Assembly: GCA_000989185.1 (NCBI GenBank)
Contig: LBNX01000002.1
Coordinates: forward strand, 358,012-422,011
Source: a candidate division TM6 bacterium GW2011_GWF2_28_16
GTDB lineage: Bacteria; Babelota; Babeliae; Babelales; UASB340
Length of the DNA stretch: 64,000 bases
Reading direction: 5' to 3'
Shown piece by piece: positions 1 to 9,720 of the stretch; within the stretch, counting starts at the first letter, position 1, and every line of letters starts with the position of its first letter. The translations under genes and the position numbers were made by a program. The notes beneath the pieces were generated by a model that was given only the letters and a program-made list of their open reading frames with translations, was not told the DNA's origin and searched no databases.

Positions 1-1
1 G

Positions 2-463
2 AGTGATAAGGGTAATTTAAATTATATAAAAGAAAAAGTTAAAGAGTTTGGTTTAGAAAAAAAAATAAAATTTTTAGGTTTTGTTCCCATAGAAGATATA
101 ATTTATTTTTATAAAAATGCTTTTGCTTTAGTTTTTCCATCTTTTTTTGGTCCGGACAATATTCCACCACTTGAAGCTTTTGCTCTTAATTGTCCTGTAA
201 TAACAGCTAGAGTTGAAGGTGTTCAGTATCAGTTGCAAGATGCAGTATTATTGTTTGATCCTAAAAATGAACTTGAGCTTGTTGAAAATATAAAAAAACT
301 TTATGAAGATAATAATTTAAAAAATAATTTAATTAAAAATGGGAAAGAGTTAGTTGAAAAATATAAAACACAAGAATATATAAAAAAAATATTTAAAGTT
401 ATTGATGATTTTGAGCGAATTTTAAGGTGCTGGAGTTCTAAAGATATTTATAAACATCTTTGA
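2..463 (+). CDS. Glycosyltransferase family 1 (GT-B fold), C-terminal fragment; 5' end lies outside the window
   Basis: Frame 2 is open from the window edge. Translation ...KIKFLGFVPIEDIIYFYKNAFALVFPSFFGPDNIPPLEAFALNCPVITARVEG... looks like the GT1/GT4 C-terminal donor-binding region. Track ORF 233..463 is only its tail (internal TTG). Confidence 0.7.
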   Translation, partial: SDKGNLNYIKEKVKEFGLEKKIKFLGFVPIEDIIYFYKNAFALVFPSFFGPDNIPPLEAFALNCPVITARVEGVQYQLQDAVLLFDPKNELELVENIKKLYEDNNLKNNLIKNGKELVEKYKTQEYIKKIFKVIDDFERILRCWSSKDIYKHL

Positions 464-472
464 AAATATATT

Positions 473-1444
473 ATGAAACAAAAAATAGCTCTTATAACAG
501 GCATAACCGGACAAGATGGTGCATATTTAAGTGAATTATTATTAAATAAAAATTATAAAATTTATGGTCTTGTAAGAGCTCAAGATGATTATTTTAAACT
601 AGAATATTTAAAAATTAAAAATGAAATTAATTTTTTAGAATTTAATCTTTTGGATTTTGAGCAAGTTAAAAATAATATAAATACTATAAAACCTGACGAA
701 ATTTATAATTTTGCAGCACAAAGTTCTGTGGGCTTATCTTATTTAGAGCCATATAATACGATAAATTTTAATTTTAATTCGACTTTAAATCTTTTAGAAT
801 CTATTCGATTATTAAGTTTATCTGGTAAACAAATTAAATTTTTCCAGCCATCTAGTAGTGAAATGTATGGAAAGCAAGAAAATTTGCCCATTAACGAAAG
901 TTTTAAGTTTAATTCTTTAAATAATAACCCCTATGCTTTATCAAAGATTGCAGCGCATGAGCTCTGTGTTCTTTACAGGCGATTATATAATCTATTTATA
1001 TCTTGTGGCATTATGTTTAATCACGAAAGCTATTTGCGTGGGGATAATTTTTTTGTAAAAAAAGTTATCCGTGAATCTTTGGAAATAAAAGCAGGAAAAA
1101 GAGATTTTTTATTTGTTGGTAATTTAAATAGTAAAAGAGATTTTGGGTTTGCACCAGAGTATGTTAAAGCTATGTCGCTTATGTTGCAGCAAGATAAACC
1201 TGATGATTATATTATAGCATCTGGCAAATCTATTAGCTTGCAAGATATTATTTATTATGTTTTTGATAAATTAAATATAGATAAAAATAAAATTAAAATA
1301 GATAAAAGTTTATTAAGACCTGTAGAAGTTTCAGATTCTTATGGGGATTATTTAAAAGCTAAAACTGTTTTAGGCTGGGATTATAATTTAAGCTTTTATC
1401 AAGTATTAGATCTTTTAATTAAAGAAGAATTACAAAATAGTTAA
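473..1444 (+). CDS. gmd: GDP-mannose 4,6-dehydratase
   Basis: N-terminal Rossmann motif ITGITGQDGAYL. SDR catalytic context PSSSEMYG and NPYALSKIAA. FNHES motif. Collinear with E. coli Gmd as recalled. Confidence 0.9.
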   Translation: MKQKIALITGITGQDGAYLSELLLNKNYKIYGLVRAQDDYFKLEYLKIKNEINFLEFNLLDFEQVKNNINTIKPDEIYNFAAQSSVGLSYLEPYNTINFNFNSTLNLLESIRLLSLSGKQIKFFQPSSSEMYGKQENLPINESFKFNSLNNNPYALSKIAAHELCVLYRRLYNLFISCGIMFNHESYLRGDNFFVKKVIRESLEIKAGKRDFLFVGNLNSKRDFGFAPEYVKAMSLMLQQDKPDDYIIASGKSISLQDIIYYVFDKLNIDKNKIKIDKSLLRPVEVSDSYGDYLKAKTVLGWDYNLSFYQVLDLLIKEELQNS

Positions 1445-2341
1445 ATTAATTTCGTGTTCTTTTACTTTTTCAAATAAATCTAAATCATTTTCGTGAAATG
1501 CGCATATATCAAAGTAATAAACTATTTGTTTATATTTTTTATTTGATCTTAAGTAAGAATTTAAATCTACAAAATTACTTATATTTTTATTATCTAGGCT
1601 TAATAAATAGTTCCCAAAATTATCGTAAATAATAAATTGTTTATAACCAGAATTAACTAAACTATTTATAGTATTAATACTTTCTTGTTCGCCATTTTGG
1701 GCCATACTTGGATCGTATTCAAAAAAAATTACTGGTTTTAATTGGTTTATAATTTCTTGTGAATTTTTTATTATTTCAAAATCATAACCATCTGTGTCTA
1801 TTTTAATTAATTTTGAATTTCTAAAATTTGTATATTTATTTAGTATAGTTTCAAGGCTTTGCATAGCTATGTCGCTTACTGTATCATGTAATTTATTATT
1901 TTTAATTGCTTTATTTATATTTGCAGTGCCTCTTTTTGTTTCTATTTTATTTATATCTAATATTGTATTATCTTTGCCTACAAAGCATTCTTCAATAAAT
2001 ATATGAGTGCCAATTGTTTTTGCATTTTCTTTTAATGTTGGTAAAAAATTTTCGTTACCCTCAATGCATAATGTTGGTATTTTACGATATTTTGAAATTA
2101 GTGCTGCAGAATCACCTATATTTGCGCCAATATCTATGACTGTTAAGTCAGGGTATTTGTTGTTAATTATTTTTGTAATTTCACCTAAAGCTATATCGTA
2201 ACGCTTAAATACTTCTTGATAATTTTTAAGAGCATGATTGCCTGGCAATTTAATTGTATGAGGGCCTATTTGATAGTTGAAAAGATTATTATTCTGTGTA
2301 AGAAAATTTTTAAAAAAATTTTCTTTAATTTTATTTAACAT
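1430..2341 (-). CDS. FkbM-family SAM-dependent methyltransferase
   Basis: VIDIGANIGDSAALI (SAM-binding motif I) and LIKIDTDGYDFEII, typical of FkbM methyltransferases. Lies in a glycan-synthesis neighbourhood. Confidence 0.8.
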   Translation of the reverse strand: MLNKIKENFFKNFLTQNNNLFNYQIGPHTIKLPGNHALKNYQEVFKRYDIALGEITKIINNKYPDLTVIDIGANIGDSAALISKYRKIPTLCIEGNENFLPTLKENAKTIGTHIFIEECFVGKDNTILDINKIETKRGTANINKAIKNNKLHDTVSDIAMQSLETILNKYTNFRNSKLIKIDTDGYDFEIIKNSQEIINQLKPVIFFEYDPSMAQNGEQESINTINSLVNSGYKQFIIYDNFGNYLLSLDNKNISNFVDLNSYLRSNKKYKQIVYYFDICAFHENDLDLFEKVKEHEINLTIL

Positions 2342-2355
2342 TTAAATTCTCTTTT

Positions 2356-2838
2356 TTATTTTAAAAAATTTTTAGCAAAACCTTTTACAGAGTCGAAACA
2401 ATTGCATTTTAAAAGCTCTTCTTTTGTAAGCCATTTAATATTTGAAACTTCATTTAAATCAATTTTAACAATAGTTTCTTCTGCTTGCATGGCATAAATA
2501 AAATCTACATGAATATGTTCAATGTCTTTTTTGTTTTCTGGAACTATTTGATAAAGTATTGTATATGGTCTTGGTATTTGGCAGTCAACTTTATTTTCAA
2601 GATTTATTATAGGATCATCAGTAATTATTTTTGCTGTAATTCCAGTTTCTTCAAAGACTTCTCTTAATGCAGCTTCGTGAGGTAACTCATTTGGTTCTAC
2701 ATGGCCTCCTGCTGGTAACCATTTTTGTAATTTATTGTGAAAAATCACCAGCATTTTAGTTCGTTCTGGATTTACAATATAGCCTGTGGCTGTAAAATCT
2801 TTGCGTAAATTTTTTGTTGATTCTATTAAATTATTCAC
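2356..2838 (-). CDS. NUDIX hydrolase
   Basis: Canonical Nudix box GGHVEPNELPHEAALREVFEETGI (G-x5-E-x7-REUxEExGU). Confidence 0.85.
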   Translation of the reverse strand: MNNLIESTKNLRKDFTATGYIVNPERTKMLVIFHNKLQKWLPAGGHVEPNELPHEAALREVFEETGITAKIITDDPIINLENKVDCQIPRPYTILYQIVPENKKDIEHIHVDFIYAMQAEETIVKIDLNEVSNIKWLTKEELLKCNCFDSVKGFAKNFLK

Positions 2839-2939
2839 GTTTAAATCTCTTTTTCGCTTTTAAATTTAAAACTTAAATATAAAATATATTAATAAATAAA
2901 AATTTAAATTAATATAAAAATTTTAATGGGGATTTTGTA

Positions 2940-3842
2940 ATGAACAGAAGTTTAATATCAGTAGTTCTTGGCTCTTATAACAGATACGATTTTTTAAAAC
3001 TAACAATAGATTCTGTGCGTAAAGAATTAGTTGATATCCCACACGAAATTATTGTAGTAGATGGTGGTTCTACAGATGGTGTTGTTAATTGGTTAATAAA
3101 ACAAAAAGATATAATTACTATATTGCAGCACAACAGGGGAATTTGGCGGGGTAAAAGTATAGAAAAAAGATCGTGGGGGTATTTTATGAACTTGGGCTTT
3201 CGCGCTAGTAATTCAAAATATGTATGCATGATTAGTGATGATTGTTTACTTTTGCCTGGTGCAATTAAAAATGGTCTTAAGTTATTTGAAGAACAATTAA
3301 ATAATAATCAAAAAATTGGCGCTGTTGCGTTTTATGCTCGTGAATGGAATAAAGAAACCAATTATTGTGTGCGTTACACTGTAGGTAAAAAATTATACGT
3401 AAATCATGGCATTTATTTAAAGCAGGCGCTTTGTGATGTTAATTTTATAAACGAAGATGATTACTTTTTTTATAATGCAGATTCAGATTTGTGCTTAAAA
3501 ATGTGGCAACTGGGGTATAAAATTATAGATTCAAAAGAATCTTTTGTAGAGCATTATCCGCATGCTAATATAAAAATACGTTCGCAAAATCATGAAAAAT
3601 ATTTACAAGATGCTGAAGTTTTTTTAAAGAATTGGAAAGATGTTTTTTATGATGGAACAAAAGAATCTCTTGGATTTGCAAGTTATATAAAGCATGAAGA
3701 TGTTTTTAGAACAGGCGATAAATATAAAAATTTATATTTAAAAAATTATTTAACTAATCCAGGGTTATTTATTCCTGAGGTGAAGAGAATAATCAAAAGA
3801 TTTATAAACTTTTGCTTATTTCTAGTCTTAAATCTTTTTTAG
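2940..3842 (+). CDS. Glycosyltransferase family 2
   Basis: ISVVLGSYNRYDFLKLTIDSV...VVDGGSTDG N-terminal GT-A signature and an SDD acidic motif. The 3' end overlaps the convergent ABC exporter by 41 nt. Confidence 0.8.
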   Translation: MNRSLISVVLGSYNRYDFLKLTIDSVRKELVDIPHEIIVVDGGSTDGVVNWLIKQKDIITILQHNRGIWRGKSIEKRSWGYFMNLGFRASNSKYVCMISDDCLLLPGAIKNGLKLFEEQLNNNQKIGAVAFYAREWNKETNYCVRYTVGKKLYVNHGIYLKQALCDVNFINEDDYFFYNADSDLCLKMWQLGYKIIDSKESFVEHYPHANIKIRSQNHEKYLQDAEVFLKNWKDVFYDGTKESLGFASYIKHEDVFRTGDKYKNLYLKNYLTNPGLFIPEVKRIIKRFINFCLFLVLNLF

Positions 3843-5496
3843 TAATTTCTATTACTTTTTTGTCTTTTATCATAAAGACTCTGTCCATCTTTTCTATAAA
3901 AGATAGTCTGTGCGAAATTACTATTACAGTTTTTTCTTTGCTAATTTCTTCTATTGCAAGTCGTATAGCATTTTCAGATTCTTGGTCTAAGGCTGAAGTG
4001 GCTTCGTCAAAAATTAAAATTTCTGGGTTTTTAAGAAGAGCTCGGGCAATAGTTAAACGTTGCTTTTGCCCGCCAGAAAGTTTATTGCCATTTTCTCCAA
4101 CTATAGAATTATATTGTTCTGGTAAGTTTTGTATAAATTCATGAGCATGCGCCATTTCGCATGCGTTTATTATATTACTTAATGATTTACTTTCTTGTGA
4201 GTAAGAGACATTTTCTATTACAGTATCGTTAAATAAAAATGTTTTTTGTCCTACATAGCCTATTTTATTACGTAATTCTTCTTCTGGAATATTATTTATA
4301 TCTAGATTATTTATTAAAATGGTGCCAGACGTTGGGCTAATAAAAGATAATAATAAATCACAAAGAGTACTTTTGCCTGCGCCAGATTGGCCTATAATTC
4401 CAATGCTTTCGCTTGAATTAATTTTTAAATTTATATTTTCTAATACTGTAGTCTCTTGGTTATAACTAAAATTTGTATTAATAAATTCTATAGTATTTAT
4501 ATTTTGATTATTTAAAGTTTCTGTTTTTTCTTTTATTTGTGCAGGATAAACTTTATTCATAAGATCAAAAATTCTATCTGCTGCTGCAAGGCCATATTGA
4601 ACTTCGGCATAGACATTGATTAAACGTTTTAATGGTTGGTACGAAAGTAATACAGACGCAAAAAATGCTGTTAATTGTCCGGCAGTAATTTCGCCAGATA
4701 TAATTTGATGAGCAGCTATGTAAAAAACAAAGCCACTACCAAACATAGCAACCGTTTCTATAAATGCTGGGCCAAAAGATTCAATATGTACGTTTTGCAT
4801 AATAGCAGTAAATACATGTTTTAATTTTTCGTAAAATCTGTTTGTTTCTATTTTTTCACCATTAAATGCTTTTACTTCTCTAATACCTACAAAGACTTCT
4901 TGCAGTAAATTGCTTATATTGCCTATATTTTTTTGAATTTCTAAAGAAGCTTTTTTTACAGCGCCGCCCATTTTTTTTATAGATATGCCTATAATTGGAC
5001 CTACAAGCATCATGAGTAAAGCAAGTTTCCAATTTTGGGAGAATGCGACTCCAAGTAAAAATATGGCCTCAAAAAAACTACGAACACCATTTTTTATTGC
5101 AGATGCTGTGGCGTTTTGAATCATTTGAATATCATTTAAAAAATGGGACATTAATTGTCCTGTTGTTTTTTCCTGAAAAAAAGAAATAGGAAAGTGTATT
5201 ACTTTTTTAAAAAGATCATGTCGTATATCGTTAATAACTTTATTGCCTACAAAGTTCATGTAATAATTTGAAACATACATAAATATGCCTTTAAGGGCAA
5301 AAAGCAAAACAAAGCCAATAATAAATGGTATTAAAAGATGGTTAAATTTTTTTATAAAAATATCGTCTACAGCATTTTTTAAAATGTATGTTGGTGCAGC
5401 TGAAAATATGCCATAAAGTGTTGCGGCTATTACCGATAAAATTAAATGTTTTTTATATGTTTTTATATAATTTAATATTTTTTTAAATGAATTCAT
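3802..5496 (-). CDS. ABC exporter with fused permease and ATPase, MsbA-like lipid flippase family
   Basis: Six-TM N-terminal domain. Walker A GQSGAGKST, signature LSGGQKQR, Walker B ILIFDEATSALD. Lies near kdsA and glycosyltransferases. Confidence 0.85.
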   Translation of the reverse strand: MNSFKKILNYIKTYKKHLILSVIAATLYGIFSAAPTYILKNAVDDIFIKKFNHLLIPFIIGFVLLFALKGIFMYVSNYYMNFVGNKVINDIRHDLFKKVIHFPISFFQEKTTGQLMSHFLNDIQMIQNATASAIKNGVRSFFEAIFLLGVAFSQNWKLALLMMLVGPIIGISIKKMGGAVKKASLEIQKNIGNISNLLQEVFVGIREVKAFNGEKIETNRFYEKLKHVFTAIMQNVHIESFGPAFIETVAMFGSGFVFYIAAHQIISGEITAGQLTAFFASVLLSYQPLKRLINVYAEVQYGLAAADRIFDLMNKVYPAQIKEKTETLNNQNINTIEFINTNFSYNQETTVLENINLKINSSESIGIIGQSGAGKSTLCDLLLSFISPTSGTILINNLDINNIPEEELRNKIGYVGQKTFLFNDTVIENVSYSQESKSLSNIINACEMAHAHEFIQNLPEQYNSIVGENGNKLSGGQKQRLTIARALLKNPEILIFDEATSALDQESENAIRLAIEEISKEKTVIVISHRLSFIEKMDRVFMIKDKKVIEITKKDLRLEISKSL

Positions 5497-5559
5497 GTAT
5501 AACTTTCAAAAATTGTTAATGGGTTTTATTGTAATATAAATTATATTTTATGTGTAGCT

Positions 5560-6774
5560 TTAATAAATTTTAAACCTTTTACATAAATCTTGAACTTCTA
5601 CTTTAAGTTTTTGTGCAAAATTTGTATCAAGTTTATTTTTAATTGCTTCGTCAATAAGGTGCACAACCTGTAAAACTTCTTTTTCTTTAAATCCTCTAGT
5701 TGTAACTGCAGGGGTACCAATTCTTATGCCACTTGTAACGGTTGGGGGTGTTGGGTCAAAGGGTATAGAATTACTATTTAATATAATTCCAGATTGCTCT
5801 AAAAGTTTTTCGACTTCTTTGCCAGAAATATTTTTATTACGTAAATCTATTAAAAATAAATGATTATCTGTATCACCTGAAACTATTTTATATCCCAGAT
5901 TTTTAAATTCTTGGCACATAGTTTTAGAATTTTTAACAACTTGTTCTTGATAACTTTTAAATTCTGGTGTTAAAGCATTATCAAATGCCACTGCTTTGGC
6001 TGCAATAACATGCATTAAAGGGCCACCTTGTGAGCCTGGCATAACAGCTTTGTCTAGTTTTTGAGCATGATCTAATTTGCTCATAATTATTCCACCACGT
6101 GGGCCGCGCAAAGTTTTATGTGTAGTGCTACTTACAAAATCGGCATATGGCATTGGGCTTGGGTGAATGTCTGCTGCTATTAAACCTGCAATATGGGCAA
6201 TGTCTATAAATAATAGTGCATGATTTTTTTGTGCTATATCATAAAGCCTTTTAAAATCTATAGTTCTTGAATATGCACTTGCGCCAGCGACTATCATTTT
6301 GGGTTGATGTTGGTTAGCCAAAATTTCTATTTCGTCGTAATCAAGTTGTTCAGTTTCGGGGCTAACGTGATAGGGTATAAAATTAAAAATTTTGCCAGAA
6401 AAGTTAACTTTGTGACCATGGGTTAAATGGCCGCCGCAACTTAGGTCCATGCCTAAAATAGTATCTCCTGGTTTTAGAACACTTAAGTAAACGGCAAAGT
6501 TAGCGCTTGAGCCAGAATGTGGCTGAACATTTATATGTTCACAACTAAATAACTTTTTACCCTGAGTTATGGCATAATTTTCGACTTTATCTACTATTTC
6601 GCATCCGCCATAATATCTTTTACCAGGATAGCCTTCGGCATATTTATTGGTTAAAACAGAACCTGTGGCATCCAAAACATTTTGGGGGGCATAATTTTCT
6701 GAAGCTATTAAGTTTATTGTTAATTCTTGGCGCAAAAATTCTTCTTTTATTAATTTAGAGATAAAATCTGACAT
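5560..6774 (-). CDS. glyA: Serine hydroxymethyltransferase
   Basis: GGHLTHGH and the PLP-lysine context SSTTHKTLRGPRGG. Full-length SHMT-like sequence. Confidence 0.95.
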   Translation of the reverse strand: MSDFISKLIKEEFLRQELTINLIASENYAPQNVLDATGSVLTNKYAEGYPGKRYYGGCEIVDKVENYAITQGKKLFSCEHINVQPHSGSSANFAVYLSVLKPGDTILGMDLSCGGHLTHGHKVNFSGKIFNFIPYHVSPETEQLDYDEIEILANQHQPKMIVAGASAYSRTIDFKRLYDIAQKNHALLFIDIAHIAGLIAADIHPSPMPYADFVSSTTHKTLRGPRGGIIMSKLDHAQKLDKAVMPGSQGGPLMHVIAAKAVAFDNALTPEFKSYQEQVVKNSKTMCQEFKNLGYKIVSGDTDNHLFLIDLRNKNISGKEVEKLLEQSGIILNSNSIPFDPTPPTVTSGIRIGTPAVTTRGFKEKEVLQVVHLIDEAIKNKLDTNFAQKLKVEVQDLCKRFKIY

Positions 6775-6934
6775 GATTGGCCCTTTTTTTTATTTTTTCG
6801 CTGGTTTTAATAAATTAAAATTTAATTTCATTGACTGTTTAATCTTAAATTTGTCATTTTATTACTAATAAGTTTTAACTAAATATAACATTAAAAAAAT
6901 TTGTTAAAAATATTAAAAAAAAGGGAGATGTTTT

Positions 6935-7279
6935 ATGAAAAAACTTATTTTAGCTTCTATCTTGTCTGTACTTATGTTGTTACCAACATCTGTTGTTCTT
7001 GCCGGTGGCGGTGATTCTTTTGCTGGAGGTTTAGCAGGGGGAATGGTCGGTGGTGTTGTAGCTGGCGCAATGACAAAGGATAGATCTGGAGGTCGCGCTG
7101 AAAGTAAAGTAGATCAATTACAAAGAGAACGTGATCAGGAAAGATTAGCTCAATTAAAAGAAGAGTTAAATAAAACTAAAACAGAAACAAACTTTAATAT
7201 TTTATTAATATTTATGGGATTAATGTTTATAGCTATTATATTTATGGCTGTAATGCTTTTAAAGATGAGAAAAAAATAA
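6935..7279 (+). CDS. Small exported protein: signal peptide, glycine-zipper segment, coiled coil, C-terminal TM
   Basis: Strong SD (AAGGGAG, 7 nt before ATG). Signal peptide ...VVLA/GGGD. GGLAGGMVGGVVAGA glycine zipper. Heptad-like QLQRERDQERLAQLKEEL. Hydrophobic tail plus KMRKK. Confidence 0.6.
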   Translation: MKKLILASILSVLMLLPTSVVLAGGGDSFAGGLAGGMVGGVVAGAMTKDRSGGRAESKVDQLQRERDQERLAQLKEELNKTKTETNFNILLIFMGLMFIAIIFMAVMLLKMRKK

Positions 7280-7310
7280 TTAAAAGTTTGTAAAAAAAGG
7301 GAGTTTGATT

Positions 7311-7610
7311 GTGAATAAAATTTTTAAAAATTTATTAATTTTTACACTTGTTCCTGGTTTTGTTTGCGCTGGTGGTGGAGATGCTGCTATTGGTCTTGGG
7401 ATGGGATTAGTGGCTGGATCAGCTATGAATAGACCAAGCGAGAAAACTGTTATTGTTCAGCAACCTGCACAACAAGCTACACAAGATTATAGCGCAGAAG
7501 TTGTAAGACTTAGAGAAGAAGTTAACAAGCTATATCAAAAACTTGGCTCTTTAGAAACAGAAAACAAGATGCTTAAAGAACAAGTAGAAGAGTTAAAAAA
7601 CAATAAATAA
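7311..7610 (+). CDS. Small exported glycine-zipper/coiled-coil protein, similar in design to 6935..7279
   Basis: GTG at 7311 has the same SD and spacing (AAGGGAG + 7 nt) as the upstream gene; the track uses TTG 7305. Signal peptide ...FVCA/GGGD, then GLGMGLVAGSA, then coiled coil LREEVNKLYQKLGSLETENKMLKEQVEELK. Confidence 0.55.
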   Translation: MNKIFKNLLIFTLVPGFVCAGGGDAAIGLGMGLVAGSAMNRPSEKTVIVQQPAQQATQDYSAEVVRLREEVNKLYQKLGSLETENKMLKEQVEELKNNK

Positions 7611-7637
7611 TGATATAATGTTGTTCGTTTAGGGGAA

Positions 7638-7667
7638 AATTGCTCGCATAAGCGGGCAATTTTTTTT
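7638..7667 (+). terminator. Rho-independent terminator after the small-protein pair
   Basis: AATTGCTCGC-ATAA-GCGGGCAATT stem (one G.U pair) followed by T7. Confidence 0.75.
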
Positions 7668-7762
7668 ACTTGTCTTAATTGAAAAGATTCGTAATAATAG
7701 AAAAACAGTTTAAAAGCTTTAATTAATAAATATATATATAAATATTAAAAGGGTTGTTTAAC

Positions 7763-8323
7763 ATGATCTCAACATCAGATTTTCGTAAAAATTCTACAAA
7801 AATATTGTGGCGCGATGAGCCTTGGATGATTTTAGATTATCAACTTGTAAAGCCTGGAAAAGGCGGAACTTATGTTCGTACCAAGATGAAGAATTTGCTA
7901 ACAGGCAGAGTTTTGGAAGAAACGTTCAGATCTGCGGAAAAATTTCCAGAACCTGATCTAGAAAAGAAAACTATGCAATATCTTTATACAGATAGCCATG
8001 CACATTTTATGGATCAAGAAAGTTTTGATCAGGTAGATTTTGATCTTGAAGCTATAGAAACTGTAAAACAGCTCCTTCAGGAAGGTCAAGAATATACAGT
8101 TTTATTCTTTAAGGGTAGACCAATTAATGTTGAACCTCCAATGTTTTTGATTTTAGAAGTCAAAGAAACTTTGCCAGGTGTTAAAGGTGATACAGCTCAA
8201 GGGGGTAATAAACCTGCAACATTAGAAACTGGTTTGGTTATCTCTGTTCCATTGTTTGTTCAAGAGGGACAAAGAATTAAAATAGATACTAGAGATTGTT
8301 CTTATATTGAACGTGTAGATTAA
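7763..8323 (+). CDS. efp: Elongation factor P
   Basis: KPGKGGTYVRTKMKNLLTGRVLEETFRS matches the EF-P loop region with the modified Lys. ATG at 7763 is preferred over the track TTG 7754 (SD AAAAGGG upstream). Confidence 0.95.
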   Translation: MISTSDFRKNSTKILWRDEPWMILDYQLVKPGKGGTYVRTKMKNLLTGRVLEETFRSAEKFPEPDLEKKTMQYLYTDSHAHFMDQESFDQVDFDLEAIETVKQLLQEGQEYTVLFFKGRPINVEPPMFLILEVKETLPGVKGDTAQGGNKPATLETGLVISVPLFVQEGQRIKIDTRDCSYIERVD

Positions 8324-8339
8324 TTATTAACATAAAATT

Positions 8340-8840
8340 ATGAGCGAAAATAGTAAAATTATTCTTAATGGAATGCGAGATATAAGAAGTTTTGCATTCC
8401 ACATACTTTATGCTGCTGAATCTTTTGATTATGCTATTTCTGTAGATGAAATTGTACAAAATTTTAGAGATGGTTATGGTCTTGAAATTGAAGATGACTC
8501 TAAAGCCATTTTAATGGCTTTTAATACAATTCAAGAAAGACAAACTCTTGATGAAATTATAAAGCCATTATTAAAAAATTGGAAAATAGATCGTCTTGGG
8601 GTTTGTACTCTTTTAATTTTGCGTATGGCTATTTGGGAAATACAACAAAGATTATTGCCTCCTTCTATAATAATTAACGAAGCTATAGAGCTAGCTAAAG
8701 ATTTTGCAGAAAAAGATTCTTATAAATTTGTAAATGGCATTCTTGATGAAGTTTGTAAAAATTTAAACATAACTGATCAAGATGAAGCTTACGCAGGAGT
8801 AAATAATCATGAGCCAGAAGATAACTCAGATATTAAATAG
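8340..8840 (+). CDS. nusB: Transcription antitermination factor NusB
   Basis: IINEAIELAKDFAEKDSYKFVNGILDEV C-terminal NusB signature; size about 160 aa. Confidence 0.85.
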   Translation: MSENSKIILNGMRDIRSFAFHILYAAESFDYAISVDEIVQNFRDGYGLEIEDDSKAILMAFNTIQERQTLDEIIKPLLKNWKIDRLGVCTLLILRMAIWEIQQRLLPPSIIINEAIELAKDFAEKDSYKFVNGILDEVCKNLNITDQDEAYAGVNNHEPEDNSDIK

Positions 8841-9660
8841 TTTAAAAAATATTAATTCTAACAGCCCTTTATTTTTTATTTTGGGTCCATGTGTTATAGA
8901 AACTGAAGAGCATTCACTAAAAGCAGCTGAATTTTTAACTAATTTAGCAACAAAGTTAAACTTTAACTTTATATTTAAAAGCTCATTTGATAAAGCAAAT
9001 AGAACTTCTTTAAATAATTTTAGAGGTACTGGCTTTGAGCAGGGGCTTAAAATTCTTGAACGTGTACGAAAAGATTTTGATGTTCCTGTTATTACAGATA
9101 TTCATGAAATTTCTCAGGTAAATGAAGTTGCCAGCGTTGTTGATGTTTTACAAATTCCAGCTTTATTGTCGCGACAAACAGATTTGCTTGTTGCTGCAGG
9201 TAAAACTGGCAAATTTATAAATATAAAAAAAGGCCAGTTTATAGCTCCAGAAAATATGAAATCTATTTTGGACAAAGTTACTTCTACCGGAAATCAAAAT
9301 GTTTGGGCATGTGAGCGTGGATATTCTTTTGGTTATAATAATTTAATTGTAGATTATCGAAATTTTAGTATTCTTAAACGTTTTGGACATCCAGTAGTAT
9401 TTGACGCTACTCATTCTGTTCAAACTCCTAGCGCTCAAGGTTGTTCTTCTGGAGGCGACAGGCGCTTTGCATTGCCTTTGGCTATCTCTGCAGTTGCCCA
9501 AGGAATATCTGGTGTATTTATGGAAGTTCATGATAATCCAGAAAAAGCCCTTTGCGACGGACCAAATTCTATAAGATTTTCGCAACTTGAAGATTTATTA
9601 AAATATTTAATTGAATTAGATAATTTTGTTAAGTCTAAAAAATTACCGGAAATTAGTTAA
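8809..9660 (+). CDS. kdsA: 3-deoxy-8-phosphooctulonate (KDO8P) synthase
   Basis: KSSFDKANRTS, VITDIHE, QIPALLSRQTDLL, FDATHSVQ, MEVHDNPEKALCDGPN. SD AGGAG 9 nt upstream. Overlaps nusB by 32 nt. Confidence 0.95.
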   Translation: MSQKITQILNSLKNINSNSPLFFILGPCVIETEEHSLKAAEFLTNLATKLNFNFIFKSSFDKANRTSLNNFRGTGFEQGLKILERVRKDFDVPVITDIHEISQVNEVASVVDVLQIPALLSRQTDLLVAAGKTGKFINIKKGQFIAPENMKSILDKVTSTGNQNVWACERGYSFGYNNLIVDYRNFSILKRFGHPVVFDATHSVQTPSAQGCSSGGDRRFALPLAISAVAQGISGVFMEVHDNPEKALCDGPNSIRFSQLEDLLKYLIELDNFVKSKKLPEIS

Positions 9661-9680
9661 GATAAATAAATTAAAATAAA

Positions 9681-9707
9681 AGAGCCCGGAAATTATTTCC
9701 GGGCTCT
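9681..9707. terminator. Bidirectional hairpin terminator between convergent kdsA and the MutS-like gene
   Basis: AGAGCCCGGAAA-TTA-TTTCCGGGCTCT, a perfect 12-bp stem flanked by an A-run and a T-run. Confidence 0.8.
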
Positions 9708-9720
9708 TTTATTTTAATTT

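Noticed and set aside
3802-3842. 41-nt convergent overlap between the GT2 gene and the MsbA-like gene as a possible regulatory antisense arrangement.
   Set aside because: The GT2 tail (…FINFCLFLVLNLF) is a low-information hydrophobic extension. The overlap is most simply a late stop codon in AT-rich DNA, and no structure or motif supports regulation.
1794-4144. Short antisense ORFs (1794..2006, 2007..2201, 2485..2667, 2975..3229, 3812..4144).
   Set aside because: All lie inside better-supported genes on the opposite strand and have hydrophobic, low-complexity translations typical of AT-rich antisense frames.
7311-7375. Possible lipoprotein lipobox in ...LVPGFVC/AGGGD.
   Set aside because: G-F-V at positions -3 to -1 does not match the L-[AS]-[GA]-C lipobox, and the paralog has VLA/GGGD without Cys. 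Ordinary signal peptidase I cleavage is more likely.
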